Positions 33,359 through 54,776 of a stretch of DNA of 64,000 nt are shown here, in pieces. Made by a program: the position numbers and the translations under genes. Below the pieces are notes generated by a model. That model worked only from the letters and a program-made list of their open reading frames with translations. It made no database searches and was not told where the DNA came from. The DNA is from Eledone cirrhosa. Its lineage: Eukaryota. Position 1 is the stretch's first letter. Each line of letters opens with the position of its first letter. The stretch is taken from the NCBI GenBank assembly GCA_964016885.1, contig OZ024742.1, positions 152,768,001 to 152,832,000 of the forward strand, read 5' to 3'.

Positions 33359-33820
33359 TTATTTAGGTTTATAATATTTAAAAGTTCTTCTCAGTTTATG
33401 ATTACATGATACAATTAATTCCTGTCGTTTATTTAATAGGATATCCTTAGATTTCATTATTTCAAAAAGTTCCTGGGAACATAATCTACATTCATATCTA
33501 TTATTTTGATAAGAGGTGGCCCTTTTGAGCACACTCCAGGTCAGGTTATAATCTATATTCCTCTTTCTATAATTATTAATCATTTTAGCTAAAGATGTTG
33601 TATTAGCTAATGCGGCATTTTTAAAACTGTGTTTGTGGGTATTAAATCTTACTTTAAATTGGTTAGAAGTAGCTCCTATATATGAATAAGTTGAGTCCTT
33701 AGTGTTAACTTTACATCTATATACTATGTTATTAATAAGGCAATTTCCTTTTAATGGGCAATTTGCTTTGTTTCTACAGTTACAACCTTTCGTGAATGCT
33801 GTATCAGAGGAGATAGTCAA
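33359..33820 (-). pseudogene. GIY-YIG endonuclease domain of the PLE
   Basis: Open 153-aa frame with IVY..YIG, R..H and C-terminal E..LN motifs. Confidence 0.88.
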
Positions 33821-34269
33821 ATTAGGTGTGGAATTTTCACAACTTGTTGTATGTGAATGAGATGGTAGTTTGCTGTGGTTTATTTTATTATTTTAGTTAG
33901 TTTGATGTATTGCTGGTATATTGTTTTTACATATATGTTTTTTTTTACATTTATATGCATTATAGGCACTTATATTTTGTTGTATATTTTTGGATGTTGA
34001 GTAGGAGAATTTAACCGTTGATCTATTTAAAATTTGATGGTATTTGTGGTTTGGCGGGAAGTTTTTCTCTAGGATAGTAAAAAAATGTTTTAGGTATATT
34101 ATCTTTAATTTGTAGATTAAATGGAGCATTATACCAAGTTACTCGTCTATTACGGTTTCGATGTTGTTTTTTATTTTTATAGGATGTATCCTGATGTTTA
34201 TTAAGAGAATTATTGTTAAAGGATTTATTACACATATTTTTAGTTAGATTCATTGATTTGGGTGTTTTA

Positions 34270-34652
34270 GCCTGTTACCATCAGACATCCGGATGTAACA
34301 CATGCGAAAACTAAGCACACAACACACACACAAAAAGAAGATGGCGTAGGACAGAACAAAGGAGAGGCAAACAAAAACAAAGAAAAGAATCCCTACTCAC
34401 CGAAGAGGTCACAGAATGTATGACGAAAGAACTTTGACAATATATAAACGACCATCTGGTTGTGGAACCAACCAACAAACAGGAAATTTATAAATTCCTG
34501 AATTTATAAATTTATTATCATAAATTGAAGTGAAAGCAACTGTTGCGTGTGTTTCTTATTGGCAACATGACCCTCCCAAAGTATAACAATATCGGTTTCA
34601 ACACACGTTTTCAGGTAAAGAATCTTGCTAAACAAATTCAGAAACGAAATAC
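34270..34652 (+). mobile_element. Solo pLTR with HHR and ORF-start tail (related to the 37-41 kb family)
   Basis: HHR motif 34397-34438; tail [28 protein letters not shown] runs into (TA)n. Confidence 0.75.
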
Positions 34653-34704
34653 ATATATATATATATATACATATATATATATTCCTATATATACATTTAT
34701 ATAT

Positions 34705-35189
34705 CTAATGCGGGTAAAATTCCCGAGATCCATGGACGAGTTCTCTCCAGCAGTCTCTGTCCCTCATTATCGCTGCCATATCCTGCATCTCCAACAGACC
34801 AGTGTCTGTCCTTAGGGCATCAACATATGTTAACCTTGGTCTTCCTCTTCTAGTGTGTGCATGTAGGGGCTCCCAAAGGAGCACTGAGTGCAATGTCAAC
34901 TCTGGATGTCGGTGAGCATGTCCAGCCAACCTCAGTCTCCTCTGTGTCACTTTTGAGCTGACTTTTGGGATGCTCCCATACAGCTCTGAGTTTTTCATCC
35001 TCAGTGTATACTGATTAATGTTCAGAGCCATCCTCAGCATTCTCGTGTAGCACCCATCCACCATCTGAGTGAGTCTCTTGGTCAGTGTCCAAGTCTCAGA
35101 CCCATACAGCAGCACAGACTCCACTACAGCAATGAAGAGGCGGATTTTCAGGTCTCTACGAAGGTCCGACCTCCACACCGATCTCACAA
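34705..35189 (-). mobile_element. RTE-type LINE ORF C-terminal fragment
   Basis: [54 protein letters not shown]. Confidence 0.9.
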
Positions 35190-35214
35190 TATATATATAT
35201 ATATACCTATATAT

Positions 35215-35424
<210 letters not shown>

Positions 35425-35528
35425 ATATATAGGTATATATATATATATATATAAATGTGAGATCGGTGTGGAGGTCGGACCTTTATATATATATATATAC
35501 ATATATATACATATATATATATATATAC

Positions 35529-35593
<65 letters not shown>

Positions 35594-35714
35594 CATATAC
35601 ATATATATATATATACACATATATATATACATATATACATATATATACATATATATATATATACACATATATATATATATACACATATATATATATATAT
35701 ACACATATATATAC

Positions 35715-35751
<37 letters not shown>

Positions 35752-35778
35752 CATATATATACATGTATATATAGATAA

Positions 35779-35812
<34 letters not shown>

Positions 35813-35974
35813 GTATACATATATATATACATATATATATATACATATATATACATATATGTATATAGATATATACATATATATATATACATATATATAC
35901 ATATATATACATATATATTATATACATATATACACATATATATATACATATATATAAATATATATATACACATA

Positions 35975-36010
<36 letters not shown>

Positions 36011-36192
36011 CATATATATACATATATATATATAGTAATAATAATAAATTTGAAGACTAAAATCCAAAGAGGGCTCGATAAGGATAAATATATATCAAAT
36101 ATATAAGAACCGTAGAGCAAATATTTATTAAAATAACAGATTAAAGTTTAAGCAAAGAATCGCTGCTTTCACCCTTAAAGGGATCTTACATA

Positions 36193-36224
<32 letters not shown>

Positions 36225-36263
36225 GATATATATATACATATATATATATATACAAATATATAT

Positions 36264-36308
<45 letters not shown>

Positions 36309-36453
36309 TACATATATATATATATACATATATATATGTACATATATATATATACATATATATATATACATATGTATATATACATATATACATATATATA
36401 TATATTCATATATATATATACATATATATACATATATATAGAGAGATATATAC

Positions 36454-36500
<47 letters not shown>

Positions 36501-36532
36501 TACATATATATATATACATAAATATATATATA

Positions 36533-36920
36533 TACATTTCGTTTCTGAATTTGTTTAGCAAGATTCTTTATCTGAAATCGTGTGTTGAAACCGATATTGT
36601 TATACTTTGGGAGGGTCATGTTGCCAATAAGAAAGACACGCACCAGTTGCTTTCACTTCAATTTATCATAATAAATTTATAAATTTAGGAATTTATAAAT
36701 TTCTGATTGTTTGGTTGGTTCCACAACCAGATAGTTGTTTATATATTGTCAAATTTCTTTCGTCACACATTCTGTGACCTCTTCAGTGACTGGGGATTCT
36801 TTCCTTTGTTCTGTCCTACGCCATTTTGTTTCTGTGTGTGCTTATAATAATAAATTGAAGTGAAAGGAACTAGTGCGTGTGTTTCTTATTGGCAACATGA
36901 CCCTCCAAAAGTATAACAAT
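36533..36920 (-). mobile_element. Second solo pLTR of the 34270 family with inverted 5' piece (36846-36920)
   Basis: Reverse complement of 34320-34652; HHR 36748-36790 GTCA-CTGAAGA-G-GTCAC-agaatgt-GTGAC-GAAA-GAAA-TT-TGAC. Confidence 0.8.
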
Positions 36921-36944
36921 ATATATATACATATATATATATAC

Positions 36945-37004
<60 letters not shown>

Positions 37005-37050
37005 GCATATATATATATATATATATATATACATATTTATATATATATAC

Positions 37051-42608
<5,558 letters not shown>

Positions 42609-42612
<4 letters not shown>

Positions 42613-45600
42613 CTTTAAGTCGTTTGGAAGCCTCGACAATGCAAATGGGTAAATCTCCGGGTAACAAGGTCCGGTGGTGGAGAGAGAGATGTAAGTGGGT
42701 GTACGTTAAGATGCGTGGTGTGTATAAGATGTGTGAGATGTGTAGAATGAAGGGAAGAGTATAAAGGATAAAAATAAAAATAACAACACAAGAGAGAGTT
42801 ACCTTGGGAGAGATTTAATAGTCCCTATATATTTCGGATTCACATCCATCAACTGGGGTTTTTTCCGGGGTGGGGGAAAAGGTTGTCTGTCGGACAAGTC
42901 CGGAACGCCTCTTTCGCTGTTTGTTGTTTTGAATATCTGAGGTATTCGGCAGAGCGCGCGTGCGCGTGAAATGGGGTCGGTCGTACAGAGATCAGCGGCC
43001 GAATGAGGGAGTGGGATGGCGCTAGCTGTCAGTCCATTCTCTGCCTGTTTGTTAAATGTTACTGTGTGTGTGTGTGTGCGTGTGTTGTTGTCTCGCTTGA
43101 GTGTGTGTGTGTGTGTGTTGTTGCCCTGTTCATCTGTATTGGCAGTATAGTATGTTCGTATGGTGGAATGCAACTGTGTGTGTGTGCGTGTGTGTGTGTA
43201 GTTGTCTCGTTTGCGTGTGTGTGTGTGTGCGTGTGTTGTGTGTTGTTGCATCGCTTGTTAACTTAAACCAGCCATTTCATTTCGCTTCTCTCTGATCGGT
43301 TGTTTATTTGCGGTTGCAGTCGTTTGATAAAAAGCGCTTCCTTGATACGTAACGTGCCGACGTTTCTTTCAGTCGCTAGAATTGTGACAATGGGCCTTCC
43401 GTCTTTGTTTCCGCATTTGTCTATGTGTTTCCGGAAAGACGAGGCCCTGGTTTTAGTGTGTTCCTTGATCCGGATGTGCAAAGGTCGAATTGTGCTACCT
43501 ATGTAGTATTGGTTGCACCTGTCACATTCTATATTATACACGACGTATAGTTAGCATGGCGTATCGGGCAGTCTCTGAGGGAGCATGCGTCAGTAGATTT
43601 TTCGGGTTTCCTGGAGAGGCTTCTTCGCAGGGAGGGGTCCGAGTGGGCCAGGTGGATGTCGAGGCCCTCTCTCCGTATAGCCTTGCGGATAGCGTTGGTG
43701 GTTTTCTCGCCCAGGTGTGGCATTTTAAGGAAGCACTTGCTTTGGGTGCTTCTCTGTCTCTTGCGTCTGGTGTCTCCTATTCTGTCTGTGATCGAGGTAG
43801 GGTACCCGTTCGTCTCCAGCACCTCGAGGAATCGCTTGGTATGAGTGACACCACTCGCGGGATCGCTGCATCTGTTTTTGATTCGCGTGATCTCGTTCGT
43901 GATGTATCCTCTGTTGGCACTGTTAGGGAGGGCGGACTTATAGTGAACGAATAGGTCCCTGCAGGCTGCCTTTTTGTAGAAGTTGCAGTGGATCCCTCCC
44001 TGTTCCGTGATGTTGATTCGGAAGTCGAGGAGGGCAAGTGACCCGTCTTCGTTGGGGTGTTCAACACTAAAGTCAATGTTCTCGTCCGTGTTGTTGAACG
44101 TCTCATAGATTCTGTTCGCCGTGTCTTGGGAAGATGTGAGGATGAGGATATCGTCCACGTATCTTGAAAAAAAGGCTACGGCGTTGGGGTGGCAGGCGTT
44201 GAGTGCCTTGCGTTCGAGGTTGTCCATGTAGGAGATCGCTAGCACACCTGATAGGCTTGATCCCATGGGCAATCCCGAGGTTTGTTGGTATATTTGGTCA
44301 AGGAATCCGAAGTAGGTGTTGTCGACGACGATGGATAGGTGTTGGTGGATGTCAGTGGTGGTGACCCCGAAGCAGTGTAGGTCGGTGGATTGGACGCGTT
44401 CCATTAGTATATTGAAGGCCAGGAGTGCCGGGACCGAGGCTTAGAGAGCGACAACATCAAGGCTGAAGGCATATCTGTTATTCCTTCTGGTGTCGGGATC
44501 CATTTGATGCAGGCGCTTCAACACCTCCTCGGAGCTGTTAACGTGTCCCGGCAAGGTGTCTAAGATGGGTTTGAGTATTCTGGCTAGGAGCCATGAAATT
44601 TTGTAGAGTGGTCCCTCCACGCTCGATACGATGGGCCTGATTTTCAGGTCGGGTCCCTGTTTGTGTGTTTTCACGAAGTGGTAGAAGGCGGGTAGTCTGC
44701 TGTTCCTCGTGAGGAGGTTGTATCTCAGCTTCTTCGGGAGCTTCCGCCGGTCGCAGATGTTGGTCCAGGCGGAGTTGATGTGTTCTTCTATCTGCGCGGG
44801 AGTGATTCCCGTGACCTTGGAGTAGAGGTTGTCATCGTCAAGGTGTTGGAGGGCCAGGGTGTTGTGGCGCTGTTGATAGCGGTCACCCATTTAAGTTGGT
44901 AAGCGGCTCGACAAAAGTTGGCCTCGATGTTGAGTTTGAGTCTGTCGTCGAGACGTTGTGTGACGATGAACTTAGGTCCGAGGTGTAGGAGTTTCAGCTC
45001 GTCGCTCGTGAGAGTGCCGGTTAGGTCGTTGACCAGGTGCGTCGCATCGTTGAGGTATGGCTCGGTGTTGGTGATTGCGGCGGTGGCGGTTGTTAAGTTG
45101 TTGTTTTCCACGTGGTTCTGGTCCGTCTGTTCGTTAGTGTCGATGTTCTCGTTGTGGCGTTTCGACAAGATCCACTCATATTTTCGCACTGGTCGATTGC
45201 TTTAGTGATTTTCAGGAGCAAGTCTCCGGGTGCTATTGGCAGTCGATGTGTCCGCTCTGAGAGTGTCCGCTTATGGACGTGTAATTGGCGGTTGAGATGT
45301 CTCAGGATCTGTTTAATACACGTGCGATGTATGCGCTTAGTGGTGTTTTGGAAGGCTGGTGTACGTAGGCTTACTGGTAAGCGGATGTTCTTGATGGTGT
45401 TGGGGATGACATCGTTTTTTAGGCAGCGTTTCAGGAAAATAATTTGGCAGCCATAGTTGGCCCATTTCTCCGACAGTCTAAACAGTTCCCTTACAGATGC
45501 AAACAATTCCTGGCTCAGGTGTAAGGATAAGAGAGTATTGAAGTTTGCTTGAAGCATTGTGGAACAATAAGTAAATATCTTTAAGTCGTTTGGAAGCCTC

Positions 45601-45746
45601 GACAATGCAAATGGGTAAATCTCCGGGTAACAAGGTCCGGTGGTGGAGAGAGAGATGTAAGTGGGTGTACGTTGAGATGCGTGGTGTGTATAAGATGTGT
45701 GAGATGTGGAGATTGAAGGGAAGAGTATAAAGGATAAAAATAAAAT
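42609..45746 (-). mobile_element. Full-length Penelope-like element (Penelope/Poseidon-like) with direct pLTRs
   Basis: ~170-bp near-identical direct repeats 42609-42781 and 45575-45746; degenerate HHR 42823-42858; TA flanks. Confidence 0.93.
43263..45557 (-). pseudogene. PLE RT + GIY-YIG polyprotein with few disruptions
   Basis: [93 protein letters not shown]. Confidence 0.93.
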
Positions 45747-45780
45747 ATGTATATATATATATATATATATACATATATAA

Positions 45781-47382
<1,602 letters not shown>

Positions 47383-47391
47383 CATATATAA

Positions 47392-47439
<48 letters not shown>

Positions 47440-48261
47440 GAGACGACGCACTAGGTGTATGTATAAATGTGTGTATTCATACATGGAGTGCAACAAGTAC
47501 ATCTTCCGCCACCTTCTGAAATCAAAGTAATGTACGCCATAACTATTAAGCAAAACCTATGTAATTGTCAAAGTATTAGGAAATACTAACAAAAGAATTT
47601 TACAGACATATTGTCTAAGTATTTTCTGAAAAACATATTGGATCCATTTTATAAAGAATTGTACTTACACTTTGCTGTTTTCACTATCGTGGGTTAAAAG
47701 TTCGAAAGATATATACAATTGAATCTTCTGTTTTCTTTCCTTTCAAATACTACTATGTGGTTTCTTTTGTAGTTCAATGATAGATAGAAACATTAGAATA
47801 CTGTTTATTTTATAATATATATTATTGCTACTTGTTTCAATCGAAAGAGCCGTGAATAAAATGCATAAGACTGATGTACTGAAGTATTACTTTGTTTCCT
47901 GACTGCTAATATATTTTCTTGTCTGTTTTAAAAAGAGTAGTTTTATAAATTAAATCAACTTCGCCTTGTTTGTCATATCATAGAAAACAGTATTTCGAAA
48001 TTGAACATTATTCGTCACTACTATGGTGCATTTAGATTCAGCCGAAGACATGATTCATTCTCCCGGGGTTCAGCAGAATTACAAACAGAGCAATAGTGGC
48101 CATCGTCTTTAACCCCACCCTCACTGTGAGATTCAGTGCCTTTTTTTCAGCAACAATATTTCTGACAGTTTACTCGCGCAGTGGTCAGTAGGAATCAAAT
48201 AGTGAACTATTAAAACAACAACATTCTACAAAATATATGACATCAAGATATTACTTGGTGG

Positions 48262-48557
48262 GACATCTGTCAGTTCCGATGACGGATGTGCCAGTTGATT
48301 CGATCAATGGAACAGCGAGCAGGTGATGGTCTTGGAGGATTCCACAAATAGGTGTACCCTGAATGTAATTCACAGGGAGATTCAGGATGAGAAGCTTATC
48401 CCGATAAATTACAAGTACAACTCATTTGTGTTACCTCAGTGGACTGAAGAAAAGTTAAATAAACTGTCTTGATCAAGAAAACACGATGCCGGGTCTCGAA
48501 TTCACGACTTTACGATCGTGAGCTAAACATCCTAAACATTCAGCCACGCATCTTCAC
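48262..48557 (-). mobile_element. Old tRNA-derived SINE (Meta-type domain)
   Basis: Minus strand: A box TGGCTGAATGTT, B box GAATTCGAGACC, then TGTTTTCTTGATCAAGACAGTTTA. Confidence 0.7.
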
Positions 48558-48564
48558 CCTGTGT

Positions 48565-49850
48565 TATTTCTCCTTCTTCTTCCTCGACCGATTATTCATG
48601 GGAGGATCGTGGGGAAAGTTCTTTCACACTCCAGCCAGCGGAAGCAACTAGCTCCAATTGATCCGGCTGGAAACCTAAGCGTAATTAGCCCAGCTCATGT
48701 ATTTCATCCAAACGACTTGTTAGGCGTCTACTCTGCATCTCCTGCCGGTTGGTTTTTCCGTAAAATTTGTCCAACGATACTTTCCCGAGACGGTCTAACA
48801 ACATGTCCGTGATTTCTGTTTAGTCCCGAACATAAATACTGGGGCATTCGTATAGGGATTTCAGGGCAAAGGAACCTGTAGAAACTTTCACAAAAGGTCC
48901 TGAGGAACGTTGTCTTATGGCTTTTCGAAGTCTACAAGACATCGATTTTCTCGAAGACCACCTGCAGTGTGAATACATCATCGGCCGACCAAAAACTGCA
49001 CTGTTCGTTAGCTAGCTTGAAATCGACAATTTCCCAACATATATTTGGCGAACACTTAGCAAAACATTTACCGGTGAGACTTAACGAGAAGATCTCTCAA
49101 TAATTAGAGCAATCTTTCTTATTGATAATTGGGATTATCACTCCTGATTGCCAATGTATTGAAACCTTTCCCAAAGATGCAGGCTACTCGGTACACGAGT
49201 CAGCTAGATGCTCTATTTCATGCTTTAACATCTGAGGCCGATTTCCATCGTCCCCAGAGGCCTTGCCACATTTGAGCAATGTTTACCCCAGTTCCCGAGA
49301 GCTTAGTCATTGCTTCCAAATGCATCTCATGTACATCAGAATGTGTTGTGTCCTGGTGTATGTTATCCAAAAATAATCCCCTTAACTACACGAGGATGCA
49401 CCTCTGTGAAGAGATGTAAGTCCCAGACGGTTTGTATGTCTCCTTCTGTGTTAATAGTAGAGTACACATTACTATAACAGAAATCTAATAAAATATTTCC
49501 GTTCGTGTGTATGTCGGGTTACCTTTCCATGCCAGTTGGTCGGGCTCAACGTGTACTTTGTATTTTCACTTTAGTATGTTTGAGATACAAGACTGCAGTG
49601 ACTTCATCGAGGAAGCATCTGTATGCGGATTCAATGTTTGGTGCATAAACATGCCCCATCCTCAGAGACCTATCTTCTAGTCTAAGCTTTCAGAGACAAA
49701 TCCTCCCGCCTATTTACCTAGAGACGGAGACTTGTGAGTATCCCCTGTGCAGTCAAATTGCCAACATTCCACTATATCTAGCCGCTAACATCTGGCTTCC
49801 TCCACTAGTTCATGTTCCTTGCCTGTAAATATTATATCGTTTCAGTTGCT
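48565..49850 (-). mobile_element. Eroded, internally deleted RTE LINE (EN and RT remnants)
   Basis: GKEHELVE..LDIV, GKASGDDG, WQSGVIIPI..KKDCSNY, 3' end ..CCCCACGA.. plus GAAGAAGAA tail. Confidence 0.7.
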
Positions 49851-52454
49851 AATTATTAAGGTTTGTTTCCTTCCAGTGTATTTTTGTGGTCTCAGAATAC
49901 GCAACATCTGTGTGTCCATCCCACGCTTCGCATGAACTATTGCAGCCCCATCGCTATTTGTAACAGCGTTGGATGAAGACTGCAATATATTTTTCGAACA
50001 TGCCTCTCTTCCAAAGGCCTGACCGCGCCCCTTATTACAATGAACAAATGACGAGGCGTTGTAAATATTTTTATTGTATCTAACTATATTGTAGTTTTTT
50101 GGTGGTCGTATTTGCGCAGTCACCAAACAAGGTTGGTTTTCATTTTAGAGGCGGCGTTTTCTCGCCTCATTTTAGTTAGATCACTAGGTTGTGAGAGCTT
50201 TCTTGGGAAAATCGTTACCTATTCCTCCATCTCCCATATTGTTTATCAGCTTTGTTCCGCTGTTGCATATTCGTTCGGCGGGAGGTCACTAACAACGCAA
50301 CTGACCATCATGTCTGGTGGCCATGTCACTATCCGCCACCTGCGACCCGTTCTCTAGAAAAACATATCTGCCGAGTATTCACGTTCTGATATTAGAAATC
50401 AATATTATAGTTCATTGTGTTTGAAGCTGAAACCGGCTTATGTCCAGTAACAAAATACCAACTTCAGAACCTCGGGCTGATTATTTATCACTCAGTCTTA
50501 GAAAAATGTTGAACTTTCATAAACACTGGCTAAAATTTAAATTTCTACTCTCATTCTAATTGTACCTCTTCTATTGAATCTAGTCATCTTCCATCTGTTA
50601 GCAGCTGGCATTAATCAAATTCAGATAATAACGTACATTACTTGACGGAAAAGAATATAGAATATAGAATTAACGATTTTTCTTCAGAATATTTGGGAAG
50701 TTTCTTTTACTTTGAGTTTGTACTCTTGTAGTATACTGGTAATTAATTGTGAGATTCGAAATAACGTCGTATATGCCTTATAGTAAACGTTCCGGCTTTC
50801 TGAGGGCTCTGGCTTTAAAATCCCGCTTGGTCAACTTTGTCATTCTTTCTTTCGAGGTCGATAAATAATACCATACCAGTCGTGGGGTGCATACGTCTTC
50901 TAACCCTATCTTACATTTACTTGCTCGAATTCTTGTAAACTCCTTTTTCTGGAAGAAATCGACTGTGTACAAATCTGGAGACGGTACATACTCCATCACA
51001 TGTAAAGTGTCCAAGACAAGGCGGCGTGCATACAGCTCCACCAGTAGTTACGTGTCCATATATAGACTGGAATCATTGTGATTTCTAATGGTCGGTATAA
51101 TTAGATGAAATACGTAACAAAGCCAATGATTCTGTGTAATAGTGTTAATGAATGTTTCTTTAAATGTTCAAAGTATCTTTATCATTGACATATGTGTGCA
51201 AGTCGGAAATTTAGCAGACACTTTAGGGCGTAGGTTTATAAACGTCTCGGTATTCATTCCGGTTCACTTATCACTGAGATCAAACCTCGCTGAGTTCGAT
51301 TCTGCGTTTCATTTTTGCGAGGTTAATATATGACTCAGAGAAGCTGTGTCAATTCTTCCGCTATCCAATTTTATCAATTTCGCTTTCTCTCTTTCTTTCT
51401 CTGAAAGAAATCGTTGTGTTCCAACCTGGAAAGAAATTAACTTTACCAGGCTTAAAATGCCAAAGTACCCCGTCTGTCAAGAAGCCGAGTCTAAGATTAC
51501 ATTATAATTTTAGATGTGTGTTGTTTCTGTAGAATCTCAGATGAGAAGTCTTGCGTTGAACATCAACTTTCATATTAATGAGTACTTAGATGATCTTTGA
51601 AATTAAAGAGCTTTGAATTATATGCTGACTGTAAAATAAAACAGGCCGGGCCGCAGTTTGGAGAATACAATATAGTAATATTGGGCACGTAAGGTCAACC
51701 TGAGTGATTTCTAAAGATTAGGAAACTAAGTATATGTGGCACTATTTAGGCAATTAACATCAGTTTTATCTTCTAAGCATTAGGTATATTAGCAGGGAAT
51801 TGAGTCATTAGAACGTCATGTAGAATGCTTTGTTGTATTTGTATCAGTTCCAAGTCCTCTGAGTTCAAATCCTACTGAGGACAACTCGAGGCTAAGGGCG
51901 ATAACCATTCTTCATTTACATGGTTTGGTTCGTTCTCTATATCTGTTCCGCACACATACTTTCTCACTATTACTTTCCTTGTAAGGATTATGTAACATTT
52001 AAAATGAGCAGGGCACGCCGTATGTCTCTACAATGTCCCAGCGACTACATGAAGAGTTACAGGTAAATACATATATATGGCGTTTAAGTAATGTGAGGAT
52101 CGTGTAGAGATCTTATGATGCAATTGGTAGTAGCATATGAAAAAGAGATGTGTAAGTATTTTTATCAAATCTAGCTCCACTTGTCTCAAACCTATTTTTG
52201 TATTCTATTAAAATTAAATTATCATAAAACTTTCAACGCCCGTCTACACTTAAACATTTAATTTCCCTTGGTATCAAAGAAAACATAAATAGAAATAGAT
52301 GGAAATTGATATTTTTGTAATCAACTGAAATCAGCAAAACTGACATCAAGTTCAATATATATAACTAATGATATAAGAAATGGTTGGTCCCGCCCAGGTA
52401 ACCTCAAACTGGCGTACCGGAAGACTCTGCTCCCACGAATCTCCAAATACGTGG

Positions 52455-52915
52455 GCGATTTAGAAGAAGAATCGCCAAACTCTCTCTATTCAATTCAGTA
52501 TTCGTGCCAACCCTTAACTTAGGTCATGAATCTTTGGGAATGACCGAAAGAATGCGATTGCGAATACAAGTGGCCGAAATGGGGTTCCTCCGAAGGGTCT
52601 TTGGGGTAACGTTACCCTATGGAATGCGTAACTCAGAGATCAGAGAGTCATTTCAGGTAGAGCACCTACTTCATCGAATTGAGGGTACACAGCTCTGACA
52701 CTATGGCCATGTGCTTAGAATTTCTCAGAAAAGAATCGCTGTACAGTTTTTACAGGCAAAACCAGCCGGCGGCAGAGCCAGGTGTAGATCCCAAGCAAGA
52801 TGGTTTGGTAACGTCAAGCTGGTCACATCAATGATATTGGCTGGTCTCACTTGTGTATCCAGCCGGAGCAGTCGGACACGGCTGCTTCTGACAGAACCCG
52901 CTGGAAGGAGTGACT
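52455..52915 (+). mobile_element. RTE LINE ORF C-terminal fragment
   Basis: KLSLFNSVFVPTL..GHE..MTERMRLRIQVAEMGFLRRV..RNSEIRE..GHVLR. Confidence 0.85.
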
Positions 52916-54236
52916 GAGGTATCTACCCCACGACACTCGCAGGAATATGAAGGAGTGTCTGAGGTATCTACCCCCACGACACTCGCAGGAATATGAAGGA
53001 GTGTCTGAGGTATCTACCCCCACGACACTCGCAGGAATATGAAGGAGTATCTGAGGTATCTACCCCCACGACACTCGCAGGAATATGAAGGAGTGTCTGA
53101 GGTATCTACCCCTACGACACTCGCAGGAATATGAAGGAGTGTCTGAGGTATCTACCTGCACGACATTCGCAGGAATATGAAGGAGTGTCTGAGGTATCTA
53201 CCCCCACGACACTCTCAGGAATATGAAGGAGTATCTGAGGTATCTACCCCCACGACACTCGCAGGAATATGAAGGAGTGTCTGAGGTATCTACCCCCACG
53301 ACACTCGCAGGAATATGAAGGAGTGTCTGAGGTATCTACCCCCACGACACTCTCAGGAATATGAAGGAGTATCTGAGGTATCTACCCCCACGACACTCGC
53401 AGGAATATGAAGGAGTGTCTGAGGTATCTACCTGCACGAAACTCGCAGGAATATGAAGGAGTGTCTGAGGTATCTACCCCCACGACACTCGCAGGAATAT
53501 GAAGGAGTGTCTGAGGTATCTACCCCCACGACACTCTCAGGAATATGAAGGTGTATCTGAGGTATCTACCCCCACGACACTCGCAGGAATATGAAGGAGT
53601 GTCTGAGGTATCTACCCCCACGACACTCGCAGGAATATGAAGGAGTGTCTGAGGTATCTACCCCCACGACACTCGCAGGAATATGAAGGAGTGTCTGAGG
53701 TATCTACCCCCACGACACTCGCAGGAATATGAAGGAGTGTCTGAGGTATCTACCTGCACGACACTCGCAGGAATATGAAAGAGTGTCTGAGGTATCTACC
53801 CACACGACACTCGCAGGAATATGAAGGAGTGTCTGAGGTATCTACCTGCACGACACTCGCAGGAATATGAAGGAGTATCTGAGGTATCTACCCCCACGAC
53901 ACTCGCAGGAATATGAAGGAGTGTCTGAGGTATCTACCCCCACGACACTCACAGGAATATGAAGGAGTGTCTGAGGTATCTACCCGCACGACACTCGCAG
54001 GAATATGAAGGAGTGTCTGAGGTATCTACCTGCACGACACTCGCAGGAATATGAAGGAGTGTCTGAGGTATCTACCTGCACGACACTCGCAGGAATATGA
54101 AGGAGTGTCTGAGGTATCTACCCCCACGACACTCGCAGGAATATGAAGGAGTGTCTGAGGTATCTACCTGCACGACACTCGCAGGAATATGAAGGAGTGT
54201 CTGAGGTATCTACCCCACGACACTCGCAGGAATATG
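52904..54236 (+). repeat. 46-bp minisatellite, ~29 copies
   Basis: Unit TGAGGTATCTACCCCCACGACACTCGCAGGAATATGAAGGAGTGTC, head-to-tail with few variants. Confidence 0.97.
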
Positions 54237-54496
54237 TGGGCGAAGAAAGAACTGACTAATTGGATAGTAAAACATAAATCCCTATTCGGCGTCTCTTGCC
54301 CGCCCCATTCATAATGTCTCTCATAGAAAAAGGGTCTATATCATTAACTCACCAAATAACAACTTTTATTAGATATAACTACATAGGAGACCACCTAAAT
54401 TTACATACGTATGAGTCGTAACAACATTGGCAGTAATAACATTATCAGTAAATCAAAACACAGGAAGCACAACCCTAATAGAAATAAGTGACCCGT

Positions 54497-54776
54497 GAAG
54501 AAGAAGAAGAAGAAGAAGAAGAAGGAGAAGAAGAAGAAGAAGAAGAAGAAGAAGAAGAAGAAGAAGAAGAAGAAGAAGAAGAAGAAGAAGAAGAAGAAGA
54601 AGAAGAAGAAGAAGAAGAAGAAGAAGAAGAAGAAGAAGAAGAAGAAGAAGAAGAAGAAGAAGAAGAAGAAGAAGAAGAAGAAGAAGAAGAAGAAGAAGAA
54701 GAAGAAGAAGAAGAAGAAGAAGAAGAAGAAGAAGAAGAAGAAGAAGAAATAAATAAATAAATAAATAAATAAATAA
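54497..54776. repeat. (GAA)n ~84 copies followed by (AAAT)n
   Basis: Direct reading; one GGA interruption. Confidence 0.97.

Larger units (their letters stand above)
32296..34262 (-). mobile_element. 5'-truncated PLE (possibly Naiad-like): linker, GIY-YIG endonuclease, AT-rich 3' UTR, pLTR
   Basis: VTWYNAPF, NFPPNHKYHQILNRSTVKFSYS, CNCRNKANCPLKGNC, NIVY..YIGAT..FKVRFNTH, CRLCSQE, LLNKRQE..CNH. Confidence 0.9.

Noticed and set aside
33359-33820. Selenocysteine recoding as reported for some Naiad PLEs
   Set aside because: Conserved cysteines here are ordinary codons. The TGA near 10018 in the related RT replaces a Trp-position codon and looks like decay.
50778-51081. 87-aa and 64-aa ORFs
   Set aside because: Overlap an eroded SINE (~50790-50890); no domain recognised.
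52904-54236. CRISPR-like regular array
   Set aside because: No unique spacers, no cas genes, eukaryotic context; simple tandem repeat.
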